From positions 1-40,212 of the forward strand of contig CAYNWJ010000004.1 of NCBI GenBank assembly GCA_964400815.1: 40,212 nucleotides of DNA, in the 5' to 3' direction. The notes beneath the pieces were generated by a model that saw only the letters and a program-made list of their open reading frames with translations, ran no database searches and was not told the DNA's origin. The translations under genes were made by a program, and so were the position numbers. The stretch comes from an uncultured bacterium. Its GTDB lineage: Bacteria > Latescibacterota > Latescibacteria > Latescibacterales > Latescibacteraceae. Of this stretch, positions 1-8,495 are shown piece after piece; position 1 is the first letter of the stretch, and every line of letters starts with the position of its first letter.

Positions 1-567
1 CTCGTTCATCTTCACGAGATGCATGAGAATTTCCAGGTCCACCTCGATAACGCGCCGTATGCCGGGACGTTGCACCTTGACCGCCACTTCGGTGCCGTCC
101 ATGAGCATGCCCCGGTGCACCTGCCCTATGGACGCCGCCGCCACCGGTTCCTTTTCGAACCTGAGAAACACATCCTCGGGATGGGAGCCGGTGTCGGTCT
201 TGAAAATCTTCCGCACCTCGTCATAGGAGAACGGCGGCACGGTGTCCTGGAGTTTGGAAAGTTCCGCAATGACACCGGCGGGGATCATGTCGGAGCGGGT
301 GGACAGGATCTGGCCGAGTTTGATGAAGGTGGGACCGAGTTCCTCCATGGCCTTGCGCAGGCTCTCGGCCGGAGAGAGCTTCTTGTAGTCACGTTTCTGC
401 TTTTTGAAAACCATCGAGAAGCCCGCGCTGAACACCTGCTCGAACCGCCGGATATCCAGCACATTGGCCAGACCGTACTTGATCACGACGCCGATGATCT
501 GGCGGTACCGCTTGATGTGGCGGTAACGGCGGCCGAACAGGCCGAAGGGCCTCTTGTCGAGCATCAT
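1..567 (-). CDS. ABC1/UbiB-family atypical kinase, N-terminal 189 codons (gene runs off the left edge)
   Basis: Not in the ORF track because it has no stop in the window. The reverse frame 567->1 is fully open. My translation is MMLDKRPFGLFGRRYRHIKRYRQIIGVVIKYGL...MEELGPTFIKLGQILSTRSDMIPAGV...PVAAASIGQVHRGML.DGTEVAVKVQRPGI, which carries the hallmark ABC1/UbiB N-terminal motifs. The ATG at 567 overlaps the TGA (566-564) of the upstream phasin-like gene (AATGATG). Confidence 0.85.
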   Translation of the reverse strand, partial: MMLDKRPFGLFGRRYRHIKRYRQIIGVVIKYGLANVLDIRRFEQVFSAGFSMVFKKQKRDYKKLSPAESLRKAMEELGPTFIKLGQILSTRSDMIPAGVIAELSKLQDTVPPFSYDEVRKIFKTDTGSHPEDVFLRFEKEPVAAASIGQVHRGMLMDGTEVAVKVQRPGIRRVIEVDLEILMHLVKMNE

Positions 568-893
568 TCACCCGCGGTTTCGTTGGATTCCTTCTCCAGC
601 GCTCTGACCTTCTTCTTGAGTTCATCGAGCTGGTTCTCGATCTTCTCCAGGTCCTCGCGGGTCACAACGTCCATGTTCCTGAGAACGTCTTTGACCGTGG
701 AATCCACCTGGCTGCGGACCTCACGGCCGGCCTCCTCGGATTTCTTCGTCATCTCGTCGAACAGTTCCTTGCCTTCCTTTTCGGAGAGCTTGCCGGCCTT
801 GACCATTTCCCTTGACAGGTCCTCGATCCTGGACTTCGTCATGAAGGCGAGTCCGAGCCCGGTATACATGGTTTTCTTGATAATATCCAACAT
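564..893 (-). CDS. phasin-like / PHA-granule-regulator-like coiled-coil protein (109 aa)
   Basis: Lies inside track ORF 564..1079(-). The internal ATG at 893 is preceded by AAAGGAG about 10 nt upstream. MLDIIKKTMYTGLGLAFMTKSRIEDLSREMVKAGKLSEKEGKELFDEM... resembles COG3937-type phasin proteins. The 62 track residues upstream are Arg/Pro-rich and non-protein-like. Confidence 0.7.
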   Translation of the reverse strand: MLDIIKKTMYTGLGLAFMTKSRIEDLSREMVKAGKLSEKEGKELFDEMTKKSEEAGREVRSQVDSTVKDVLRNMDVVTREDLEKIENQLDELKKKVRALEKESNETAGE

Positions 894-1032
894 GTCTTGT
901 ATGCTCCTTTCGTACGTTCCGGTATTGTTCCGCACCATCCCCATCCGAAATGCATGTGATGTGGGTGGGCGCCTGTCTCTCATCGCGATATCCGTCCGCA
1001 GGCAGGTTCGGCCGCGGCGGGGAGGCCTCAGG

Positions 1033-2934
1033 TCATGAACCGCCCCCCTCCGACCCCAAAGCCCGCTCCATGATGTCATACACGCGGTCCACCATGGTCC
1101 GGGGATTATCCAAAAGCCCCGCCTCCGCGAGCGCGTTGTCGTGTATCTGCCGGGCGCAGAGCTGGAGAAATCCCTTGTCGGCCGAACCGTCGCGGAGCTT
1201 CTTGAGGGTCACGATCAAGGGGTGGGAGGTGTTGATCTCCAGGATCTTCTCACCGGGGCCGCCGAAATCCTGTCCCGCAGCCTTCATCACCCGCTTCATG
1301 GTGGTGGTCACCGTGGAATCGGGATTGACGATCATGGCGGGACGGTCGGTGAGGCGTTTCGATTCGCGGACCTCCTTCACCGTATCGCCGATCGTCTCCT
1401 TCATCCAGGTGGTGAAGGAGGCGAGTTCAGCCCCGGAAATGTGTTCCTTCCTGTCGTCCTTCGCCTCGTCTTCCGGCGCATCCGGCAGCTCGATGTCAGC
1501 CGCGTCGGCGCTCACCAGCTTCCTGCCGTCGTATTCGCCCAGGTTCATCATCACAAAATCGTCGATCGGCTCGTGGAGATAGAGCACCTCGATGTTCCGC
1601 GCCTTGAAAGCGCCCACATAGGGCCCCTGTTCGATGGATTCGCGCGTGGGGCCGTTGAGATAATAGATGTCGCTCTGACCCTCCCGCATGCGGGCAGCAT
1701 AGTCGTCGAGGGACACCGGCGTGTCACCGTCCTCCGCGCTGGAGTGGAAGCGGAGAAGCTTCGCCAGGTCCGCACGGTTCTCGAAATCGGAGGAAATGCC
1801 CTCCTTGACGAACATTCCGAAACGGTCCCATACGGTGGCGTAGGTGTCGGGATCGTTTTTCGCCAGGTCCTCCAGGTGACGGATCACCCGCCGCGTGAGA
1901 TATTTGCCCATCTTGCGGAAGACCATGTTGTCCTGGAGCGTCTCGCGGGAGATGTTCAGGGGCAGGTCGGCCGAATCGACCACCCCGGTCACGAAGCGCA
2001 TGTATTCGGGCAGCAGCTTCTCCGAATGCTCCTGGATGAGCACCTTGCGGGAATAGAGGTTCACACCGGGCTTCATCTTCATGAAGCCGAAGGACTCCAC
2101 GTTCGTGGAGGGGACATAGAGCAGCGCGGAGAGCTGGATGGGAGCGTCCGCCGTGAGGTGCAGCCTCGAAAGCGGTTCGTCAACGGCGTTGGCGATGAAC
2201 TTGTAGAACTCGTCATACTCCTCGTCCTTCACGTCCGAAGGGGATTTCAGCCAGATGGCCTGGACGGTGTTCACCGTCTCCCCATCGACTTTGATGGGGA
2301 AGGGAACGAAATTCGAATATTTCCTGATGACCGATTCCACCGTGGCCTTCTTCTCGTATTCCCTGGCGTCCTCCTTGAGCTCCACGATCACGGAGGTCCC
2401 CCGGGGCAGGCCGTCCACTTTCTCGATTGTGTATTCGCCCATGCCGTCGCTGGACCATTCATAGCCGGACGCCTGGGGCCGGAAGGAGCGTGTGCGCACC
2501 CGTACGCGATCGCCCGCCATGAAGGCGGAATAGAACCCCACGCCGAACTTTCCTATCATGTCGGCGTCGAGATTTTCGCGGTTCTTGAGATTCTCGAGGA
2601 ACTCCCGTGTTCCCGAGCGGGCGATGGTCCCCAGGTTCTCTTCGAGTTCCTCGCGGGTCATGCCCACGCCGGTGTCGGTGATGGTGATGGTATGGGCGTC
2701 CTCGTCGGTGTCGATGCGTATTTCGAGCGGGGCGTCCTTGTCGGCATGGGAGTCCGACACCAGGGATTCGTGCCGCATTTTTTCGAGGGCATCCGAAGCG
2801 TTGGATACCAGTTCACGTATGAAAATCTCGCGGTGGGTGTAGAGCGAGTGAATGACAATATCCAGGACCTGCCGTACTTCCGCCCTGAACTTTTTCGTCT
2901 CGGGGGCGGCTGTGTTCTTGTTCTTTTCGGCCAT
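1033..2934 (-). CDS. htpG: molecular chaperone HtpG (Hsp90)
   Basis: 633 aa. The N-terminal GHKL ATPase signature is FRAEVRQVLDIVIHSLYTHREIFIRELVSNASDALEK, followed by GQFGVGFYS-like GKFGVGFYSAF. ATG at 2934 with GGAGG 8 nt upstream. Confidence 0.97.
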   Translation of the reverse strand: MAEKNKNTAAPETKKFRAEVRQVLDIVIHSLYTHREIFIRELVSNASDALEKMRHESLVSDSHADKDAPLEIRIDTDEDAHTITITDTGVGMTREELEENLGTIARSGTREFLENLKNRENLDADMIGKFGVGFYSAFMAGDRVRVRTRSFRPQASGYEWSSDGMGEYTIEKVDGLPRGTSVIVELKEDAREYEKKATVESVIRKYSNFVPFPIKVDGETVNTVQAIWLKSPSDVKDEEYDEFYKFIANAVDEPLSRLHLTADAPIQLSALLYVPSTNVESFGFMKMKPGVNLYSRKVLIQEHSEKLLPEYMRFVTGVVDSADLPLNISRETLQDNMVFRKMGKYLTRRVIRHLEDLAKNDPDTYATVWDRFGMFVKEGISSDFENRADLAKLLRFHSSAEDGDTPVSLDDYAARMREGQSDIYYLNGPTRESIEQGPYVGAFKARNIEVLYLHEPIDDFVMMNLGEYDGRKLVSADAADIELPDAPEDEAKDDRKEHISGAELASFTTWMKETIGDTVKEVRESKRLTDRPAMIVNPDSTVTTTMKRVMKAAGQDFGGPGEKILEINTSHPLIVTLKKLRDGSADKGFLQLCARQIHDNALAEAGLLDNPRTMVDRVYDIMERALGSEGGGS

Positions 2935-3007
2935 GAATCAAACCTCCGTTGCATGTATGTGGAAATTGTGACTGATTGACGGATAGTGTTGCCGTGACAT
3001 GATCGTC

Positions 3008-3029
3008 GCCGGTCGGGGAAATCCCCGGC
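3008..3029 (-). terminator. GC-rich intercistronic hairpin between dnaJ and htpG (no U-tract)
   Basis: GCCGGTCGGGGAAATCCCCGGC is an imperfect palindrome (core CGGGGAAATCCCCG at 3014-3027) about 17 nt after the dnaJ stop. It could be an attenuator or a processing site. Confidence 0.3.
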
Positions 3030-3043
3030 ATGAAGGGATCCCG

Positions 3044-4216
3044 TCATTTCCCGGCGCGGGAGTACAGATACGACCGTCCGCCGGCCGGGGGCGTGAAATT
3101 CGGTGACGAGCCCAGTTCCTCGAGCAAGCTCCGCTCATGGTCCGTGAGCCGTTTGGGGGCGGCGATCCAGATGCGGACGATCATGTCGCCCGAGCCGGTT
3201 CCGTTGAGATGCCCGATGCCCTTGCCGCGTAGCCTGAGCCTGCCGCCCGACTGGGTCCCCGCCGGAATCGTGAGACGCGCCTTTTTGCCGTTGAGAAGAG
3301 GGACGTCCACGGTGTCGCCGAGCGCAGCCTGGGATATGGATACGGGGAGATCGTGGATGACATCGTCGCTCTGACGTTCGAAGAGATCGTGCCGCTGCTC
3401 CTCGATGATCACGATGATGTCGCCGGGAGGGGCGTTCCGGACGCCGGCGTCACCCTGTCCGCGCAGGGTCAGATAGTTGCCGTCGGCGACACCCGCGGGG
3501 ACAGTGACGGACAGTGTTTCCTTCTTTCGAACGCGCCCGGTGCTCTCGCACTGTCCGCAGGGATCGCCTATGATGCGCCCTTCTCCGTTGCATACAGTAC
3601 AGGGTTCCACCGACATGAAGGTGCCGAAACGGCTCTGGCTCTGCTTCTGCACTTCCCCGCGGCCATTGCAGCTCGGGCAGACACGGTATCCCGCGCCGCC
3701 GGACGATCCCGTCCCCCCGCAGGAGGCACAACGGACGAAGTGTGAAATCCTGATCTTCTTTTTCGTTCCTTCGGCGATCTCCTCCAGGGTGAGCCTGAGG
3801 GTGATGCGAAGATCGGCGCCCTTTTTCTCCACGGGGCGCGCCCTCTGTGACGGCCGCCGTGCACGGCCTGACCGTCCACCAAAGAAATCACCGAAAATCG
3901 AGCCGCTGAACAGGTCGCTGAAAATATCGTCGAAATCCCCGGCGTGTGAGAAGTCCTGCCAAGTGAATCCTCCCTGCTCCCCGGAAAATGAGCCCTTGAG
4001 TCCCTCTTCACCGAAACGGTCGTATTTCTTGCGCTTTTCCGGGTCCGAAAGGACCTCGTAGGCCTCGGCCGCCTCCTTGAATTTCTCCTCGGCCGCCTTG
4101 TCGCCCTTGTTGCGGTCGGGATGATACTTCATGGCCAGCTTGCGGTAGGCCTTCTTCACCTCGTCCGGGGAGGCGCTTTTGTCTATGTTCAGAATGTCAT
4201 AATAATTTTTTCCCAT
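3044..4216 (-). CDS. dnaJ: molecular chaperone DnaJ (type I Hsp40)
   Basis: 390 aa. J-domain with KYHPDRN, a G/F-rich linker and four CxxCxGxG motifs ([32 protein letters not shown]). ATG at 4216 with GAAGAGG upstream. Confidence 0.97.
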   Translation of the reverse strand: MGKNYYDILNIDKSASPDEVKKAYRKLAMKYHPDRNKGDKAAEEKFKEAAEAYEVLSDPEKRKKYDRFGEEGLKGSFSGEQGGFTWQDFSHAGDFDDIFSDLFSGSIFGDFFGGRSGRARRPSQRARPVEKKGADLRITLRLTLEEIAEGTKKKIRISHFVRCASCGGTGSSGGAGYRVCPSCNGRGEVQKQSQSRFGTFMSVEPCTVCNGEGRIIGDPCGQCESTGRVRKKETLSVTVPAGVADGNYLTLRGQGDAGVRNAPPGDIIVIIEEQRHDLFERQSDDVIHDLPVSISQAALGDTVDVPLLNGKKARLTIPAGTQSGGRLRLRGKGIGHLNGTGSGDMIVRIWIAAPKRLTDHERSLLEELGSSPNFTPPAGGRSYLYSRAGK

Positions 4217-4340
4217 ACCTCTTCTTCCAGCGTTTGTTTTCTTCTGTGAACAGGCTTTTGAGCCTTCAACGGGAAAACGGGAGAATCATGGCGTCTCCAC
4301 GGGACCATCGTCCGGGAGATATTTCCAGAGTCCGTTTCCG

Positions 4341-4496
4341 TCATCTCACATAGCCCGTTCCCTTGCAGAAAAGACATTTTTTCGTGGAAATGATCTTGTT
4401 CTTTCCTTTATTGAAATACCGGTATTCCGACACATATCCCCGTCCCTTGCAGGCCTGACACACGACCTGCGCCGTTCTCGACTGATAGTCAGCCAT
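4341..4496 (-). CDS. 51-aa mini zinc-finger protein with two DnaJ-type CxxCxGxG motifs
   Basis: Below the ORF-track size cut-off. My translation is MADYQSRTAQVVCQACKGRGYVSEYRYFNKGKNKIISTKKCLFCKGTGYVR*. ATG at 4496 is preceded by AGGAG with a 9-nt spacer, and the stop is TGA at 4343-4341. It lies 124 nt upstream of dnaJ on the same strand. Confidence 0.6.
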   Translation of the reverse strand: MADYQSRTAQVVCQACKGRGYVSEYRYFNKGKNKIISTKKCLFCKGTGYVR

Positions 4497-4662
4497 GGGC
4501 GTTTTCTCCTGATAAACGATAACCCCTGTGAATGTTCCATGTCATATATACCGGTAACTAATATGCAACTTTTTTATCATATATGAAAATGCAAAGTTTA
4601 TGCCAACAGAAAGAATGATGGCATCGGATTGCATATCAACGCATTACCAATCACACCACAGA

Positions 4663-4690
4663 GGGCGTCCTGTCACGCCCCTGCTTTTTT
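4663..4690 (+). terminator. orphan intrinsic-terminator-like hairpin
   Basis: GGGCGT(4663-4668)/ACGCCC(4675-4680) form a 6-bp GC stem with a 6-nt loop, followed by CTGCTTTTTT. No plus-strand gene lies upstream. Confidence 0.35.
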
Positions 4691-5162
4691 GGCGGCGCCC
4701 ATGTCGTTTCGGCAGGCCTTTGTGCGTTTTGGTGCTGCTCCGGAGCTGTGCCGTGCTGAACGCCGAAACGTTTGTCAGGGCATCGGGCATGCTCATGGTG
4801 AGTGATTGCGGTTCCGCCGTGTCACCGGTCAATCACGGCCGGTCCTGTTGAACCGTTGTTGTCCCGTGATCGGCGGCATGCTGCCAGGGGTTTCCGAAAA
4901 CAGACGTAACCCGCGCGCGGATTCAGGAAACCTCCTGCGTTGCGGAGGCGTATACTCAATACCTGCCGCAAAGGTGCGACAGCCTGTCGAATCGGGCCTG
5001 TGTTGACATCGTGTCGTTTGCTGCGCCTGCTTAGGAAGAGGGCAACACAGTGATTTGGAACGATTTTTCGATAGATATATGATTTCAATAAGAAAAGATT
5101 CTTTGAACTATTGATGAAACCGCATGTAACCGATGCTGTCGCCGATGGAAGAATGACGATTG

Positions 5163-5309
5163 ACCGACCGCCGTTTGAACCATGATTTATGGGATTCAAG
5201 GATTGACAGGATTCTAATCGCGGTTCATCCCGTAATCCTGAAAATCCCGGTTCAGAAACTGAAAAGCCTCGAAATATTAAGTTTGTGCTGGAAAATGGGG
5301 GATTGCCAG
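5163..5309 (+). repeat. promoter-upstream repeat element, copy A (upstream of purA)
   Basis: By eye it aligns at roughly 90% with the reverse complement of 17695-17804, and over its whole length with the reverse complement of 29308-29450. Core: GGATTGACAGGATTCTAATCGCGGTTCATCCCGTAATCC...GGAAAATGGGGGATTGCCAG. Confidence 0.85.
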
Positions 5310-5324
5310 GCGTATTTTTTTTAC

Positions 5325-5353
5325 TTGACGCGGACGCTCTGAAAATTTATTAT
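5325..5353 (+). promoter_or_regulatory. sigma-70-type promoter candidate for purA
   Basis: TTGACG (5325-5330), 17-nt spacer, TATTAT (5348-5353). An alternative TATAAT lies at 5353-5358. Confidence 0.4.
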
Positions 5354-5357
5354 ATAA

Positions 5358-6695
<1,338 letters not shown>

Positions 6696-6768
6696 TCGGC
6701 TCGATGACGGCGAACACTGGTTTTCTTTCAAACAGCGAATCCCGGCCGGATTCAATACAGAACAACCG

Positions 6769-6797
6769 AAATACCCTCCAGCCGGGGGGTATTTTTG
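6769..6797 (+). terminator. intrinsic terminator after purA
   Basis: AAATACCC...GGGTATTT stem (6769-6776 / 6787-6794), running into TTTTT. Confidence 0.5.
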
Positions 6798-6859
6798 TAA
6801 CCGCCGGGAAAGTTCGGTATCTTTCATATCACAAAAGACCAGACAGGACAAACAAGAGC

Positions 6860-7174
6860 ATGCCGAAAAAAATTTCCGCACTCCTCCTGGACAGCAGAGA
6901 CTCGGTTGCGACCCTTCTCTCCGACGCCGAAGCCGGGGACGGGATTGAACTCAAGGGTACCGATCGTGTGATCGACGCCTCCGAACCCATACCGTACGGT
7001 CATAAAATCGCCGTTCGGGACATCGCACCCGATGAGCCGGTGCTCAAGTACGGGCAGGTGATCGGCAGGGCGACGAAGGCGATCAGCATCGGATCGTGGG
7101 TGCATGTTCACACGATGGGAAGCACCGTGGACGAGACGTTCAAAAAAAGGATAGACTCTTGGAAAACAAAGTGA
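6860..7174 (+). CDS. SAF-domain small subunit of a split UxaA-family dehydratase/lyase (104 aa)
   Basis: Internal ATG at 6860 of track ORF 6704..7174. MPKKISALLLDSRDSVATLL...PIPYGHKIAVRDIAPDEPVLKYGQVIGRATKAISIGSWVH matches the UxaA N-terminal/SAF pattern. Its stop overlaps the next start (GTGA). Confidence 0.8.
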   Translation: MPKKISALLLDSRDSVATLLSDAEAGDGIELKGTDRVIDASEPIPYGHKIAVRDIAPDEPVLKYGQVIGRATKAISIGSWVHVHTMGSTVDETFKKRIDSWKTK

Positions 7175-8343
7175 TCGCGCGTGGATGGCTCAGACCGGAC
7201 GGTTCAAAGGGAATTCGCAATCACGTGGCGGTCGTCTACACAGTCGAATGCGCGGAACACGTGGCGCGAAAGATCGCCGAGCCTTTCGGGGACATCCAGC
7301 TGTTCGGATATGACAACTGTCATTGCAACGATTTCGTGGGACGGGTCTTCAGCTCGCTTGTCGTCAATCCGAACCTCTATGGCGTCGTGGTCGTAACCCT
7401 CGGCTGCGAAATGCTCAATGGCGCCGTGCTGGTGGATGCGGCACAAAAGGGCGGCCGTGAAGCACGGCTCGTTTCGATTCAGGCCGACGGCGGGACCACG
7501 GCAACCATCGAGAAAGGACGCGCCCATGTCCGGGAACTCCTCGAGGGACGTGAATCGGCCGAGCGATGCGATTTCTCCATCTCGGATCTCAGGATCGGCT
7601 CCAATTGCGGCGGCTCCGACGCCATGAGCGGCCTGGCCTCCAATCCGACTGTCGGCTGGCTCTATGACACGATCATCGATTTGGGAGGCGCATGCTTTTT
7701 CGACGAGATAACCGAAATGATCGGCTGCGCGGATATGGCGGCGAACCGTTCTTCACCACCCGTCGCCGACAAAATCCGTGAGGCGGTGAACCGCGCCATC
7801 GACGTGGGTGTCCGTGTGGGAGAATTCGGTATTGTGAGCGGAAACGCCGAGGGCGGCCTCTCCTCCATAGAGGAAAAATCCCTGGGGGCCTATATGAAAA
7901 GCGGGCACCGTCCGATCTCCGATGTCATCCGTGTCGGGAAACGGCCGTCGAAACCCGGGCTCTATCTCATCGATTCCATTCCCGACGACCTGACCAGGGG
8001 AGCGTCACCGATCAGCGACGCCGAGGACATGTCGAACGCGGCGGCGGCGGGCTGCCACATGCTCATTTTCACCACGGGCCGGGGAACGCCCATGGGAAGC
8101 GCACTCATGCCCGTCATCAAGCTCTGTGGATCGCCGAACACGTGCCGTGTCATGGCTGAAAACGTGGACATCGACACATCGGGTGTCATCTTCGGGGACA
8201 TCACAATCGAGGAGATGGGACATCGCCTTCTCGATGAGGTCATCGCGGTTGCGGACGGCAAATGGACGGCGGCGGAACGTCTCGGCCACATGGAGCTGCA
8301 TCTTCATTACATGCGCCAGGAACACCGGCCCTGCGATTGCTGA
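7171..8343 (+). CDS. UxaA-family dehydratase/lyase large subunit (C-terminal domain protein, 390 aa)
   Basis: GTG at 7171 overlaps the upstream TGA. (M)IARGWLRPDGSKGIRNHVAVVYTVECAEHV... is the typical start of the UxaA C-domain. The split organisation resembles SuyA/SuyB. Confidence 0.85.
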   Translation: MIARGWLRPDGSKGIRNHVAVVYTVECAEHVARKIAEPFGDIQLFGYDNCHCNDFVGRVFSSLVVNPNLYGVVVVTLGCEMLNGAVLVDAAQKGGREARLVSIQADGGTTATIEKGRAHVRELLEGRESAERCDFSISDLRIGSNCGGSDAMSGLASNPTVGWLYDTIIDLGGACFFDEITEMIGCADMAANRSSPPVADKIREAVNRAIDVGVRVGEFGIVSGNAEGGLSSIEEKSLGAYMKSGHRPISDVIRVGKRPSKPGLYLIDSIPDDLTRGASPISDAEDMSNAAAAGCHMLIFTTGRGTPMGSALMPVIKLCGSPNTCRVMAENVDIDTSGVIFGDITIEEMGHRLLDEVIAVADGKWTAAERLGHMELHLHYMRQEHRPCDC

Positions 8344-8348
8344 TTCCG

Positions 8349-8370
8349 CGCACACTGAAAAAAGTGTGCG
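8349..8370 (+). terminator. hairpin directly after the dehydratase operon (no U-tract)
   Basis: CGCACACT-GAAAAA-AGTGTGCG forms a perfect 8-bp stem starting 6 nt after the stop codon. Confidence 0.35.
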
Positions 8371-8495
8371 GTTATAACCGGCCCAAGCCCTATATTGAAC
8401 ATCGGGAAAAGCCGGGATTTCCCACATGGATCACCACTTGATCCACACAACCGGCCGACAACAGCGCCATCATTGAACCGAGGGGCGGCTCACGC

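Noticed and set aside
19-1038. 339-aa plus-strand ORF at the left edge
   Set aside because: It is antisense to two recognisable minus-strand genes (the ABC1/UbiB-like fragment and the phasin-like gene). Its composition is the His/Gly/Arg/Leu-rich mirror-ORF type typical of GC-rich DNA, and it has no motif.
1141-2979. 612-aa plus-strand ORF, plus similar long shadow ORFs (5403..6539-, 8847..9650-, 15389..16294+, 16454..17515+, 19781..20716+, 22583..23635+, 24928..25938+, 26500..27993+, 29540..30352-, 35504..36388+)
   Set aside because: Each lies entirely antisense to a confidently identified gene (htpG, purA, the sigma-54 activator, leuS, the oxidoreductase, the HD protein, phoH, aspS, the ABC ATPase, envC). 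They have low-complexity, Arg/Gly/His/Asp-rich composition and no SD or motifs.
2935-4340. Heat-shock control elements around htpG and dnaJ (CIRCE TTAGCACTC-N9-GAGTGCTAA; sigma-32 CTTGAA-N13-15-CCCCAT)
   Set aside because: There is no CIRCE match. The nearest sigma-32-like string (CCCTTCAT-N11-CCCCGA, minus strand, about 3040-3014) has the wrong spacing and weak hexamers.
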